Positions 47,786-59,529 of a stretch of 64,000 bases of DNA are shown one piece after another. The position numbers and the translations under genes were made by a program. The notes beneath the pieces were generated by a model. That model was not told the origin of the DNA, searched no databases, and saw only the letters and a list, made by a program, of their open reading frames with translations. Source of the DNA: a bacterium (GTDB lineage: Bacteria > Bacillota_I > Bacilli_A > RF39 > UBA660); contig JAHZBE010000001.1 of NCBI GenBank assembly GCA_019423565.1, positions 189,944 through 253,943 on the forward strand. Reading direction: 5' to 3'. Positions within the stretch are counted from its first letter, which is position 1. Each line of letters begins with the position of its first letter.

Positions 47786-47810
47786 AAAAAAAAGAACTAC
47801 TCTGTTCTTT
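47786..47810 (-). terminator. Terminator after the FAD-dependent gene
   Basis: AAAGAAC-agagta-GTTCTTT plus a T-run on the minus strand. Confidence 0.55.
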
Positions 47811-49194
47811 TAATTATATCTCTAGCAGATACAAGTCCGGTTGCAGCTGCTGTAACTATATTACCTGCTTTACCAGCACCATCACCTATAAAATATACAT
47901 TATAATTATCAAGTTTAAAATTATCATCTGTTGTTATTTCATTACTAAAAAACTTTATCTCCGGTCCATAAAGGAGTGTTTCATCATTATTCACACCTGG
48001 AATTATTTTATCAAGTTCTTCGAGTCCTTCTAATATATTTACTATTATTCTATGAGGAAGTACAAGCGCTAAATCACCTGCTACACAATCCTCTAAAGTT
48101 GGTGTAATAAATGATTTATTTATTCTACCAAAGTTACTTCTTCTACCACTTTTCAAGTCTCTAAGTGTTTGAATTATTGGTTTTGAATCACCTAAAACAT
48201 TTGCAATTTTAGCAATCGATTCACCATATTCTCTTGTATTTGTAACTGGTTCTGTTAAATTAACTTTACTAATAAATGCAAAATTCGAATTATTTGATTT
48301 GATATCTTTTAATGAATGCCCATTTACACATATATATCCATAGTAATTTTCTTTAGCAACAAAACCTCCGGGATTTGTACAAAATGTTCTTATTTCATCA
48401 TTGTATGTTTTTGTTTTTATAAATATTGTTGGATCATATATAACACTACATATTTCCTCAAGTACTTCTTTTCTAACTTCAACTCTAACACCAATTTCAA
48501 TACTCTTTGATAAATATGGAATATTATATTTATCAGCAAGTTCTTGTATCCATTTTGCACCTGTTCTTCCTGGTGCGATTACAACATTTTTAGATGTTAC
48601 TTCTTTTTTTTCTTTTAATTCTTCATATCTAATTATATGTTCATCTTCTTTTATACTTTCTATATCAGTAACATTAGTGCATTCTTTAATAGTTACGCCT
48701 TTTTCTTCTAAATAATTACTAAATTTCTCAATATATTGAGGCAAATGATCACTACCTAAATGTTTTTGCTTTATTAAAAGTAGTCTATCTCCTAATCTTG
48801 TAACCTTTTTTTGTATTTCTTTTGCTTCTTCCATATTGCTAGGAAAAACTTCTGCATCCATATGAAATTTATTAAAAATTTCTTCAGTTTCATCTATCAA
48901 TTTATATGCTTCTTCGTCTTTCATATATCTAAATAAATCCGATTTTCCTAATTTAGGAATAAAATTTAATTTACCATCAGAAAAAGTCCCAGCACCACCA
49001 TAACCTGATAATATATTACATGGGTTACAATTTTTACATTCTGTTTTATTTTTATTCATCGGACAAACTCTATTTTTAACAAGTCTACCTTTTTCTAACA
49101 TTAATATTTTTAAATTTGGATTTTTTTGTGTAAGTTCATATGCGCAAAATAATCCGGCAGGTCCGGCACCTACTATAACAACATCATACATCAT
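47797..49194 (-). CDS. FAD-dependent oxidoreductase (COG2509-type)
   Basis: VVIVGAGPAGL dinucleotide-binding motif and C-terminal GDGAGKAGNIVTAAATG. Confidence 0.8.
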   Translation of the reverse strand: MMYDVVIVGAGPAGLFCAYELTQKNPNLKILMLEKGRLVKNRVCPMNKNKTECKNCNPCNILSGYGGAGTFSDGKLNFIPKLGKSDLFRYMKDEEAYKLIDETEEIFNKFHMDAEVFPSNMEEAKEIQKKVTRLGDRLLLIKQKHLGSDHLPQYIEKFSNYLEEKGVTIKECTNVTDIESIKEDEHIIRYEELKEKKEVTSKNVVIAPGRTGAKWIQELADKYNIPYLSKSIEIGVRVEVRKEVLEEICSVIYDPTIFIKTKTYNDEIRTFCTNPGGFVAKENYYGYICVNGHSLKDIKSNNSNFAFISKVNLTEPVTNTREYGESIAKIANVLGDSKPIIQTLRDLKSGRRSNFGRINKSFITPTLEDCVAGDLALVLPHRIIVNILEGLEELDKIIPGVNNDETLLYGPEIKFFSNEITTDDNFKLDNYNVYFIGDGAGKAGNIVTAAATGLVSARDIIKRTE

Positions 49195-49243
49195 TTTAAC
49201 CTCCTAAATACATTATATCAAAAAAAGAGCATTTTTAATACTC

Positions 49244-51598
49244 TTATTCGGCTTTGTCAAATTGTGAATTATATAGATTTGCATAGAAACCATTTTCTTT
49301 AATTAATTCAGCATGATTTCCTTGTTCAATTATATTTCCATCCTTCATAACAAGAATTAAATCAGCATTTTTTATTGTTGATAATCTATGTGCGATTATA
49401 AATGATGTCTTACCTTCTGATAATTTATCCATTGCTTTTTGAACAAGTTCTTCTGTTCTTGTATCAACATTGCTTGTTGCTTCATCAAGTATTAATAATG
49501 GTTTATGATCTATCATACCTCTTGCAATTGTTAGAAGTTGTCTTTGTCCTGATGAAACACTATCAATATCAGATAAAACGGAATCATAACCATTTGGAAG
49601 TGTTTTAATAAAGTGATGTACTCCAACTTTTTTACATACATCAATAACTTCTTCATCAGTTACATTTTCATTATTATATACTATATTTTCTTTTACAGTA
49701 CCATTAAAAAGCCAAGTATCTTGAAGTACCATAGTAAATAAATCGTGTATATTTTCTCTAGATAAATCTTTTATGTTAACTCCATCAATTTTTATGTCAC
49801 CACTATTTATTTCATAAAATCTCATAAGTAAATTTACCATAGTTGTTTTACCCGCACCAGTAGGTCCAACTATTGCGACCTTTTGTCCAGGTTTTATTTT
49901 TGCATTAAAATCTTTAATAATTATCTTGTCAGAATCATAACCAAATTTAACATGATTAAATTCTACCTCTCCTTTTGCTTTAGCCTTATCTAACGTTTTA
50001 GTTACATTTTCTTTTTCAAGTTCTGGTTCTTCTAAAAATTCAAATACTCTTTCTGATGCAGCCGCAGTTGATTGAAGTGAAGTAAGTCCTTGAGCAATTT
50101 GAGAAAGTGGATTTGTGAATAGTCTTACGTATGTGATAAATGCAATTATTACACCAAATGTAATCATATCTTTTGATACTAATAATGCTCCAACTATACA
50201 TACAGCAACATAACCAAAGTTACCAATAAAGTTCATAATGGGCATCATTAATCCTGATAAGAATTGACTTTTTCTATTGCATTCATAAACACTTTTATTT
50301 AATTCATCAAATTTTTTATCTGATTCATTCTTACCATTGTATACTTTAACAACATTAAGTCCAGAATATATTTCTTCAATATGACCATTTAATTTACCAA
50401 GTTCAACTTGTCTTGCGGTAAAATATTTTTGTGATTTTGAAAGTATTTTTATCATAAATACAAAACCAATCAAACTAGATAAAATTGCAGTTAAAGCCAT
50501 TATATAGTTTGTATAAAACATCATTATTATAGAACCTATAAATAATGTAATAGAACTTACTAATGACGCAAGTGATTGGTTCATACTTTGAGCAATTGTA
50601 TCAACATCATTTGTTACTCTAGATAATATATCACCAGATAAATTTTTATCAAAATATTTAAGTGGTAATTTGTTTATCTTTTTAGATATATTACTTCTTA
50701 ACTTTTTAGCAAATTTATTTGCAACATCAGTCATTAATATAGATTGAATAAATGTAAATAAAGCACTTAATACATAAAGTATAACAAGGAAAAGTGAAAT
50801 ACTTTTTATTTTATCCATATTCATTTTTGGACTTAATATAGTTTTTATACTCTTAGGAAGTTCATCAACTTTAGAATATATTTTCTTTACATCCTTATCA
50901 CTATCAAGACCACTCATTTTTTCTAAAAATTCAAATTTTTCTTCTGAAGTAATTGTTTGACCTGATATTTTACTATTACTTAATAAAACTTTTTTTATTG
51001 AATCTGGAATATCATTTAATGACTTTTCATCCATTCCACTAGTCATCATTGAAAGTAATTTTCTTTTATCATCTGTACTTATTACTTCACCTTTATATTC
51101 TGTATTTTCTAAAATAATATTTTGAATACTATCAGGTAATTCTAATAAAGTGCTCATCATATTTTCTTTGTTCATACTTTGGATACTATTTTGAAAACTT
51201 AATTTATCAGTCATGCTTACATTATCTGATGACATTATTTTTGTAATTGTTTCATTATCCATTTTTATATTTAGTATTTCACTATATCTATTTTTTAAAT
51301 CATCGCTTTTAAGTTCATCTGTTATATCATTTGTCAATTTCTTTAAATTTGATGTATTAAGTACAATTCCTTTTTGAATTTCATCTGTTAAATCTGATAA
51401 TTTATTTGGTGCGCTAAGTGATAAGATTGCCCCTCCCATCGCTAAAATTAACGCAACTAAAATAAAGATTTTAAACGAACCAAGACTTTTAAATAACTTT
51501 GATATTGATGTTTTAAAATCTTTTGGTTTTTCTACTGCTCCTGGACCATGACCTGGTCCTCTTCTTGGAGGTCTATTGTTATTTTCTTCATTATTCAT
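49244..51598 (-). CDS. ABC exporter, fused TMD-NBD, with a large TM1-TM2 loop insert
   Basis: GPTGAGKTT, SSGQRQLL and LILDEATS. Start at 51598 overlaps the upstream ABC gene by 8 nt. Confidence 0.85.
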   Translation of the reverse strand: MNNEENNNRPPRRGPGHGPGAVEKPKDFKTSISKLFKSLGSFKIFILVALILAMGGAILSLSAPNKLSDLTDEIQKGIVLNTSNLKKLTNDITDELKSDDLKNRYSEILNIKMDNETITKIMSSDNVSMTDKLSFQNSIQSMNKENMMSTLLELPDSIQNIILENTEYKGEVISTDDKRKLLSMMTSGMDEKSLNDIPDSIKKVLLSNSKISGQTITSEEKFEFLEKMSGLDSDKDVKKIYSKVDELPKSIKTILSPKMNMDKIKSISLFLVILYVLSALFTFIQSILMTDVANKFAKKLRSNISKKINKLPLKYFDKNLSGDILSRVTNDVDTIAQSMNQSLASLVSSITLFIGSIIMMFYTNYIMALTAILSSLIGFVFMIKILSKSQKYFTARQVELGKLNGHIEEIYSGLNVVKVYNGKNESDKKFDELNKSVYECNRKSQFLSGLMMPIMNFIGNFGYVAVCIVGALLVSKDMITFGVIIAFITYVRLFTNPLSQIAQGLTSLQSTAAASERVFEFLEEPELEKENVTKTLDKAKAKGEVEFNHVKFGYDSDKIIIKDFNAKIKPGQKVAIVGPTGAGKTTMVNLLMRFYEINSGDIKIDGVNIKDLSRENIHDLFTMVLQDTWLFNGTVKENIVYNNENVTDEEVIDVCKKVGVHHFIKTLPNGYDSVLSDIDSVSSGQRQLLTIARGMIDHKPLLILDEATSNVDTRTEELVQKAMDKLSEGKTSFIIAHRLSTIKNADLILVMKDGNIIEQGNHAELIKENGFYANLYNSQFDKAE

Positions 51599-53348
51599 TT
51601 TCAAGTTCCTCCTTCGATAATTGTGATAATGCGATTTCTTTATATACATCACATGTTTTAAATAGTTCCTTATGTGTTCCTATTCCGGCACATTTACCAT
51701 TATCTAGAACAATTATTTTATCTGCATTCATGATTGTTCCAATTCTTTGTGCCACAATTAATATAGTTGCATCTTTTGTGTATTTCTTAAGTTCTTTTCT
51801 TAAAACAGAATCTGTTTTATAATCAAGTGCTGAAAATGAATCGTCGAATATATATATTTCTGGATCTCTTGCGATTGCTCTTGCGATTGAAAGTCTTTGT
51901 TTTTGTCCACCGGATACATTAGTTCCACCTTGTGCAATATGTGCATCATATGTATTTTCCATTTTTGAAACAAATTCTTCTGCTTGAGCAACTTTTACAG
52001 CATCTTTAATTTTTTCTTTTGTTATTTCACCTTTCCCATTTTCACCATAAGCAATATTACTTGATACTGTTCCATTAAACATAACTGCTCTTTGTGGAAT
52101 ATAACCAAGTTTATTATACAAATCTTTTAACTTATATTCTTTAACATTTACTCCATCAACTAATACTTCACCTTTTGTTGCATCATAAAATCTTGGTATT
52201 AAGTTAATAAGTGTTGATTTACCACTACCAGTTGATCCAATAAATGCGATTGTTTCTCCTTTTTTTGCTTTAAATGATATATCTTCTAGTAAATATTCTT
52301 CAGCATCTGGATACTTAAATGAAACATTTTTAAATTCAACTGTACCAACTTCTTTTGCTTTAGCTCCTTTACCATCTTTTACGCTAATTACTGTATCTAA
52401 CACTTCATTAACTCTCTTTGCTGAAACATTGGCTCTTGGTAGCATCATAAATATCATTGCTAACATTAAAAATGACATAATTACTTGCATTGCATAACTA
52501 CTAAATACAACCATATCACCAAATAATGATATTTTATCTGCCATATTAGCACTTTCTATTAATCCAGCACCTATAAAGTATATTGAAAGTGTTAAAAAGT
52601 ACATTACAAGATACATTACTGGTTGCATAACTGAAAATGCTTTTTGGTTAAATAATTGATTTTTAGTTAAATCATTATTTACTTTTTCAAACTTATCTTC
52701 TTGATATTTTTCAGCATTAAATGCACGAACTACTCTTATACCTGTTAAGTTTTCTCTTGTTACTCCATTTATTTTATCTATTAAGTTTTGTACTATTTTA
52801 AATCTAGGCATTACTATAATCATAAGTACTAAAATAGTTACTAGTAATATAACTACTGCAATTGCAGTTATCATACTCCATGTTAAGTTCTTACCTAAAA
52901 TTTTTGTTACTGCCCAAACTGCTGTTATTGGTGACTTAATTAATAATTGAAGTCCCATGGCAATAAACATTTGGATTTGTGTAATATCATTTGTTGTTCT
53001 TGTAATTAAACTACTTGCTTGAAAGTTTTTAACTTCTTCCATTGATAGGTTTTCAACTTTTTCAAATAAACTTTTTCTTGTTCTCATTGAAAATGATGCC
53101 GCAACATTTGATATTAAATATCCAACAATAATTGCTGAAACTAAACTACCAAATGCACAAAGAAGCATATATCCTCCTTGAGTTAATATATCACTCATAA
53201 GAACGCCCTTTGTTTGAACTAGTTTAGTTATTTCAGACATATAATCTGGCATCTTAAGTTCAAGCCATACCTGAACAATTATTAAAATAAAACTTATAAA
53301 AGCAAAAAACAAATCTTTTTTATTTAATTCTTTTAATAATTTTAACAT
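51591..53348 (-). CDS. ABC exporter, fused TMD-NBD
   Basis: GSTGSGKST, SGGQKQRL and IFDDSFSALD. Confidence 0.9.
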   Translation of the reverse strand: MLKLLKELNKKDLFFAFISFILIIVQVWLELKMPDYMSEITKLVQTKGVLMSDILTQGGYMLLCAFGSLVSAIIVGYLISNVAASFSMRTRKSLFEKVENLSMEEVKNFQASSLITRTTNDITQIQMFIAMGLQLLIKSPITAVWAVTKILGKNLTWSMITAIAVVILLVTILVLMIIVMPRFKIVQNLIDKINGVTRENLTGIRVVRAFNAEKYQEDKFEKVNNDLTKNQLFNQKAFSVMQPVMYLVMYFLTLSIYFIGAGLIESANMADKISLFGDMVVFSSYAMQVIMSFLMLAMIFMMLPRANVSAKRVNEVLDTVISVKDGKGAKAKEVGTVEFKNVSFKYPDAEEYLLEDISFKAKKGETIAFIGSTGSGKSTLINLIPRFYDATKGEVLVDGVNVKEYKLKDLYNKLGYIPQRAVMFNGTVSSNIAYGENGKGEITKEKIKDAVKVAQAEEFVSKMENTYDAHIAQGGTNVSGGQKQRLSIARAIARDPEIYIFDDSFSALDYKTDSVLRKELKKYTKDATILIVAQRIGTIMNADKIIVLDNGKCAGIGTHKELFKTCDVYKEIALSQLSKEELENE

Positions 53349-53354
53349 AACTTC

Positions 53355-53801
53355 TCACTCTTTCTCTTCATTTAAATTTTCTTTCATTTTTTTTGCGACT
53401 TTAAAAAATATTTCTAAATCATCAGTATCTATATCCTTAGTTAATATAGAATTTACTTTTTCAAATACTTTTCTAGATTCATTATAAAATTTCAAAGAAG
53501 TAGAAGATAATTCTATTTTTTTACTTCTTGCATCTATCTTTGAATCCGTCCTAATAATAATATTATGTTTTTCCATAGTTTTTAATATTCCAGATATTGT
53601 AGATCTTCTAAGATTAAGTACTTTTTCTAAATCTCTTTGATAAATGTCAGTATCTTTATTTTGTATTAAATAATGCACAATTCTCATTTGTACTTGACTT
53701 GGCATATTTTTAATAGGAGTACATTTACCTTCATTTATTAAGAATCTACGTATATTATGATCTAGAGTTATTATTTCATATGCAATTCTATTTTTTTCCA
53801 T
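53355..53801 (-). CDS. MarR-family transcriptional regulator
   Basis: Winged-HTH pattern QRDLEKVLNLRRSTISGILKTMEKHNII. First gene of the ABC operon. Confidence 0.85.
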   Translation of the reverse strand: MEKNRIAYEIITLDHNIRRFLINEGKCTPIKNMPSQVQMRIVHYLIQNKDTDIYQRDLEKVLNLRRSTISGILKTMEKHNIIIRTDSKIDARSKKIELSSTSLKFYNESRKVFEKVNSILTKDIDTDDLEIFFKVAKKMKENLNEEKE

Positions 53802-53877
53802 ATTTACTCCTTATTTTGTTAGGTGCATAACAATTATATACAGAAGAAAAAATAATGTCAATAAAATAACATTATTT

Positions 53878-56238
53878 TTATATATCTTTTTCCCATTTCC
53901 AATTAGTTATAATATCCATGTCTTTTCCATATTCACGAATATATTCATTGTGTTCAACTAATTTATTTTTGCACCACTCAATTAATTCAGATGACTTATC
54001 TAAATCTTTAGTATATTTAAGTGCATCAATAATTAAATTAAATCTATCTATCTTATTTTGTACTCTCATATCAAATGGAGTTGTTATTGTACCTTCTTCT
54101 TGATATCCATGTACATGCATATTTTTATTATGTCTATTATAGGTTAATTGATGTATTAAAGATGGATAACCATGGAAAGCAAATATTATTGGTTTATTTT
54201 TAGTAAATATTGCATCATAATCAGAATCATTTAATCCATGTGGATGTTTATCATTTGATTCAAGGCGCATTAAGTCAACTACATTTACCACTCTAATTTT
54301 TAACTTAGGCATTTCTTTATTTAATATAGAAGTTGCCGCAAGTACTTCAAGTGTTGGTGTATCTCCTGCGCACGCAAATACTATATCAGGACTCTTTCCT
54401 TCATCGTTAGATGCCCAATCCCATATTCCAATACCTTTTGTACAATGTTTAATTGCTTCATCCATAGAAAGCCATTGATATCTTGGATGTTTTGACGCTA
54501 CAACTACATTTATATAATTTTTAGTTTTTATAATATGATCAAATGTTGAAATTAATGTATTAGCATCTGGTGGTAAATACATTCTAACAATATCTGCCTT
54601 TTTAGTAACTAAATGATTTAAGAAACCTGGATCTTGATGTGTATAACCATTATGATCTTGTTGCCAAATATGAGAAGATAAAATTATGTTAAGTGATGAA
54701 ATATCTTCTCTCCAAGAAAGTGATTTTGTTACCTTTAACCACTTTGCATGTTGTGAAACCATTGAATCTATTATTCTAGCAAATGCTTCATAACTATGTA
54801 TAAAACCATGTCTTCCTGTTAAAATATATCCTTCTAAAGCACCTTCACAAAAGTGTTCTGATAAATATGAATCAATTACTCTTCCATCAACACCTAAAAA
54901 TTCATCATTTTCATATGTCTTATTTACCCATTGTCTATTTGTTTCTTCAAACATAGCATTTAATCTATTTGAAAGTGCTTCATCTGGTCCAAATATTCTA
55001 AAATTTCTTTCTTCTTCATTAAGTTTAAGTAAATCTCTTACATATTTACCTAATTCCATCATATCCTGGGCAACTATGCTTCCATGTTTTTTTACCTCAA
55101 CACCATATTTTTTAAAATCAGGAGTTCTAAGTTCTTTTAAAAGTTTCCCACCATTCGCATGCATATTGGCACCCATTCTTCTATTTCCTTTTGGAGTTAA
55201 TTCTTTTAAATCTTTTCTAAGAACACCATTTTTATCAAATAACTCTTCTGGTTTATAACTTCTAAGCCATTCTTCTAATAATTCTAAGTTTTTATCATTA
55301 GTACTATTTACAACAATTGGAACTTGATGCGCTCTAAATGTACCTTCTATTTGTTTTCCTTCTACAACTTTAGGTCCTGTCCATCCTTTTGGAGTTCTAA
55401 GTATAAGCATAGGATAAGCAGGTCTTCTAATTCTTCCATTTTTAGCATCTGCTTTTATTATCTGAAGTTTTTCAACTATTTCATCCATAATAAGTGCCAT
55501 TTGTTTATGAAGTTCTATTTCATCTTTTCCTTCTAGATAATATGGATCCCATCCACAACCTTTAAAATAATTTAAAAGTTCATCATTTGAAATTCTAGAA
55601 AGAACTGTAGGATTTGCAATTTTATATCCATTTAAATGAAGTATTGGTAATACTATTCCATCTGTTCTAGGATTTAAAAATTTATTTAAATGCCAGCTTG
55701 TCGCAAGTGGACCTGTTTCTGCTTCACCATCACCTACTACACACGCAGCGATTAAAGATGGATTATCTAATACCGCACCAAATGCATGTGATAAACTGTA
55801 TCCAAGTTCTCCACCTTCATTTATAGATCCTGGTGTTTCAGGAGCAACGTGACTAGATATTCCTCCTGGAAAACTAAATTGTTTGAATAATTTTTTTAAT
55901 CCTTCTTTATCCTCTGTTATATTTGGATAAATTTCACTGTAAGTACCTTCTAAATAAACATTTGATACAATAGAATTCCCGCCATGACCCGGTCCTGATA
56001 TATAAATCATATCTAAATCATATTTATTTATTATTCTATTTAAATGTGTATATATAAAGTTTTGTCCTGGAACAGTTCCCCAATGTCCAACTATATTTGC
56101 TTTTAGGTCTTCTTTTTTTAATTTTCTTTCTAAAAGTGGGTTATCAAGTAAATATAATTGACACGCTGATAAATAGTTTGCCGCTCTAAAATATTCATCT
56201 AATTTTTTTATTTCTTTATTACTTATTTCTTTTGCCAT
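53878..56238 (-). CDS. xfp: Phosphoketolase (xylulose-5-P/fructose-6-P)
   Basis: [17 protein letters not shown] and GDGEAETGP signatures; 786 aa. Confidence 0.95.
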   Translation of the reverse strand: MAKEISNKEIKKLDEYFRAANYLSACQLYLLDNPLLERKLKKEDLKANIVGHWGTVPGQNFIYTHLNRIINKYDLDMIYISGPGHGGNSIVSNVYLEGTYSEIYPNITEDKEGLKKLFKQFSFPGGISSHVAPETPGSINEGGELGYSLSHAFGAVLDNPSLIAACVVGDGEAETGPLATSWHLNKFLNPRTDGIVLPILHLNGYKIANPTVLSRISNDELLNYFKGCGWDPYYLEGKDEIELHKQMALIMDEIVEKLQIIKADAKNGRIRRPAYPMLILRTPKGWTGPKVVEGKQIEGTFRAHQVPIVVNSTNDKNLELLEEWLRSYKPEELFDKNGVLRKDLKELTPKGNRRMGANMHANGGKLLKELRTPDFKKYGVEVKKHGSIVAQDMMELGKYVRDLLKLNEEERNFRIFGPDEALSNRLNAMFEETNRQWVNKTYENDEFLGVDGRVIDSYLSEHFCEGALEGYILTGRHGFIHSYEAFARIIDSMVSQHAKWLKVTKSLSWREDISSLNIILSSHIWQQDHNGYTHQDPGFLNHLVTKKADIVRMYLPPDANTLISTFDHIIKTKNYINVVVASKHPRYQWLSMDEAIKHCTKGIGIWDWASNDEGKSPDIVFACAGDTPTLEVLAATSILNKEMPKLKIRVVNVVDLMRLESNDKHPHGLNDSDYDAIFTKNKPIIFAFHGYPSLIHQLTYNRHNKNMHVHGYQEEGTITTPFDMRVQNKIDRFNLIIDALKYTKDLDKSSELIEWCKNKLVEHNEYIREYGKDMDIITNWKWEKDI

Positions 56239-56310
56239 TTCATCACACCTCTACTATATATCATTATATAATATTTACAAAATAATAACAATTATGTAAC
56301 TTTAAAAACT

Positions 56311-56336
56311 AAAAAAAACTTACTATTTCTAGTAAG
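56311..56336 (-). terminator. Terminator after the alarmone synthetase gene
   Basis: CTTACTA-gaaa-TAGTAAG plus T8 on the minus strand. Confidence 0.55.
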
Positions 56337-56338
56337 CA

Positions 56339-56965
56339 TTATTCCTTATTATATTTATTAACAAATTCATTTAATTGTTGCATTTTTTCATCTAATTTTC
56401 TTATATCAAGTGAACAATTATACATTTCTTTTTTTACTTCTTCTGGTATTTCACTTGGAAATTTATATTGTACCTTGTGATCAATACTAGCCCAGAAATC
56501 CATCGAACTTGTTCTTATTTGAATTTCAGCTTCCACATGTTCAACTGTTTCGTTTAAATATATTGGAACTAAAACAATTAAATGATAACTCATATATCCA
56601 GTTGATTTAGGATTTTTTATATAATCTTTTTCTTCTTTTATTTTAAACTGTTTTGAACTTTTTATTATATCAACAATATCATATACATCTTCTAAAAAAG
56701 AACAAACTATTCTTATACCAATTATATCATGTACATGTGATATCATATTTTTAGTAGTTACTTCATAACCCTTTTTATTAAGTTTATCAATAATACTTTT
56801 TTCAGTTTTAAGTCTTGATTTCATATGTTCAACTGGGTTATATTTATTTTTAAATTCAAATTCTTTTATAAGTATATTAAACTGTGTTTCAAGAAGTTGA
56901 AGAGCGAAATTATATTTAAGCATTAATTCAGATACTTCCCTTTCATTTATTAATATATTATTCAT
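56339..56965 (-). CDS. Small alarmone synthetase (RelQ/RelP-type GTP pyrophosphokinase)
   Basis: DIIGIRIVC, GYMSYHLIV and EIQIRTSSMDFWASIDHK. Confidence 0.85.
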   Translation of the reverse strand: MNNILINEREVSELMLKYNFALQLLETQFNILIKEFEFKNKYNPVEHMKSRLKTEKSIIDKLNKKGYEVTTKNMISHVHDIIGIRIVCSFLEDVYDIVDIIKSSKQFKIKEEKDYIKNPKSTGYMSYHLIVLVPIYLNETVEHVEAEIQIRTSSMDFWASIDHKVQYKFPSEIPEEVKKEMYNCSLDIRKLDEKMQQLNEFVNKYNKE

Positions 56966-57096
56966 AAACTTCTCCTTTCTTTTTTATAAAAAAATAAAGC
57001 AATCCTAAAATTGGATTACTTCTAAATTTATGGGCAAATAGGATTATAACATTTTATTAATTTTTTGTAAAGTACTTTTTTTAATTTTTTTATATT

Positions 57097-59526
57097 CTAT
57101 AAATCATGTCTTGATAATATTCCAGCAGGTCTTTTCTTAAGCACATTAAATACTGGGAATAAACCAATAATAAGATTAAACAAATATGTACAAACTATAG
57201 TTATTATAATTATATTAACATTAATCAAAAACATACCACTTATATATTTTATTTTAGATAAATTATAAAGTATGTAAGCCATAAATACTATTCCTGGTAA
57301 ACCCGCAATTGTTGTAATTGCAAATATCTCAGATGAAAACATTTTATAAATATCACTCTTTTTAACACCTATTGCTCTATAAATACCTATTTCTTTTATC
57401 CTAGACATAAATGATGATCTAATCATAAAGAATATTTCTATAAGTGATATTGCAAGTATTATTCCAGAAAGTATTAATGTACTTGTTATATTATCTTTTA
57501 CTTCATCAAGATATTTATCTTTACTATAATTATAACTATCATTTATATTTAGATTCATACTTCTAAACTCTTCTAAAGTTTTTGATTTATCAGATGAATA
57601 AATTGTTAAATCAGATGTATTTTTTATTAAATTATATTTTATAGTATTATCATTAACAAAATAATAATTATAGTTATATTTTGAATCATAGTATCCTACA
57701 ACTACTAATTTTCTTCCATTTATTTTTTCATTTATTTCTTTATTTAAAGGCATATCATCCTTATTAGAAATATTTACTATAGTTTCATAATCATTTTCTG
57801 GTGCTCTACCTTTTTTAAGTTCTATTTTATCAGTAAAAAGTGAATACTTCATAAAATTATTTTCTTTTGTTTCTGAAGAATACATATTATTTGATGTATT
57901 ACTAGAATTATATATTATATCCAAAAATTTTGATTTATCTGTATAGATAGTTGGACTACTAGTATTAGATATACCAACTATTTTAAAATCAGGTAATGAA
58001 TTTACTGATAACGTTCTATCAAGTAATTTACTTGAATCTGTTATACCTGCCATTTGAAGTGATGAATCATTATCAAATGCATTATCTATAATCATTTTAT
58101 CAACTACAACTTCAGTATCATTTTCTGGCATTCTACCATAAATCAAATTATCCTTATTAATCATTTCATAAGAAGATAATGAACCTGATATAGAGTTTTC
58201 CATTTTACTTGTTTGATAATAATCATTTATATTAATTTTCATACTTACAAGTGAATTGCCTGGTAAAATATAATTTATATTTTCTTTTTGCTCAAATGAC
58301 AAATAATCATCTACATTTATTTTTTTTAAATTAACAATTAAATAGTTTTTATTATATTTAACAAAATTCTCATCTTTAATATTAAATAATGCACAAATTG
58401 AACTAATAGAAAACATTATAAACATTGCACTTATAAAAAATCCAAGTAATAATATTTTCTTTAAAACAGGATAATCAAATACTTTCTTAAAACCATTTTT
58501 AATTAAAGTAATAGGATTAAATATAGATGAATATTTCTTTTTAAAGTTACTATTTATTACATTTTTAAAATCAAAATTATACTTATCTATGTCTTCTTTA
58601 GCAATACTTTTATAATGGTCATCAATAAGTTCTATACTAGAATTATCATCAATTACTTCTATCTTTTTACTTTCATTACTTCTTAAATAAATATTACCAT
58701 TTTTAACAATTATATCTATTTTTATATTATCATTATTATTTCTGTATATATTTATATCTGTATTATCTTTTTTTATCTCATCTATTTTTTCAAAATCTTT
58801 TAAATATATATTATTATCTATTTCGTAATCTAATTCATCATTTTGTGTATTTTCAAAATCTTTTACTGCCTTACCATCACTAAGTTCAATTATTCTATCA
58901 GCATAAAATCTCGCTAAAGACTCTTCATGAGTTACAAGTAAAACAAGTCTTTCCTTTGAAATTGATTTTATTATTTTCATTATTTCAAGTGAATTTTTGC
59001 TATCCAAATTTCCTGTTGGTTCATCCGCTAAGATTATATCTGGATCTTTTACGATTGCTCTTGCAACTGCGACTCTTTGTCTTTCACCACCCGAAAGCAT
59101 TGATGATGGTCTATTTTTATATCTTTCCATTCCTACTTTTTCAAGTACATATTCTACTCTTTTTTTAATCTCTTTTTTATCTTTTATACCAATCATAGTA
59201 AGAACTAAAGCAACATTATCAAAAACACTTAAATTATCTATTAATTTATAGTCTTGAAATATATATCCAATATTTATATTTCTAATTTTATCTACTTTGT
59301 ATGAACATTTAGAACTTATTTTTTTATTATCAATATAAATTTTACCACTTTTTATCTTATCAAGACCACCAATTACATTAAGTAGAGTTGTTTTACCACA
59401 TCCAGATGGTCCTAGAAATGCGACTAATCCATTATTTTTTAGGTTAAGAGATATATTATTAATTACATGTACTTGATTTTTCTTATGCCTATTAAAATAT
59501 TTATTAACATTTTCTAAAGTAATCAT
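57097..59526 (-). CDS. Single-polypeptide MacB-type ABC protein (N-terminal ATPase + FtsX-like permease)
   Basis: GPSGCGKTT, LSGGERQRV and ADEPTGNLD. One TM, about 300-aa extracytoplasmic domain, then three C-terminal TM segments. Confidence 0.8.
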   Translation of the reverse strand: MITLENVNKYFNRHKKNQVHVINNISLNLKNNGLVAFLGPSGCGKTTLLNVIGGLDKIKSGKIYIDNKKISSKCSYKVDKIRNINIGYIFQDYKLIDNLSVFDNVALVLTMIGIKDKKEIKKRVEYVLEKVGMERYKNRPSSMLSGGERQRVAVARAIVKDPDIILADEPTGNLDSKNSLEIMKIIKSISKERLVLLVTHEESLARFYADRIIELSDGKAVKDFENTQNDELDYEIDNNIYLKDFEKIDEIKKDNTDINIYRNNNDNIKIDIIVKNGNIYLRSNESKKIEVIDDNSSIELIDDHYKSIAKEDIDKYNFDFKNVINSNFKKKYSSIFNPITLIKNGFKKVFDYPVLKKILLLGFFISAMFIMFSISSICALFNIKDENFVKYNKNYLIVNLKKINVDDYLSFEQKENINYILPGNSLVSMKININDYYQTSKMENSISGSLSSYEMINKDNLIYGRMPENDTEVVVDKMIIDNAFDNDSSLQMAGITDSSKLLDRTLSVNSLPDFKIVGISNTSSPTIYTDKSKFLDIIYNSSNTSNNMYSSETKENNFMKYSLFTDKIELKKGRAPENDYETIVNISNKDDMPLNKEINEKINGRKLVVVGYYDSKYNYNYYFVNDNTIKYNLIKNTSDLTIYSSDKSKTLEEFRSMNLNINDSYNYSKDKYLDEVKDNITSTLILSGIILAISLIEIFFMIRSSFMSRIKEIGIYRAIGVKKSDIYKMFSSEIFAITTIAGLPGIVFMAYILYNLSKIKYISGMFLINVNIIIITIVCTYLFNLIIGLFPVFNVLKKRPAGILSRHDL

Positions 59527-59529
59527 ATT

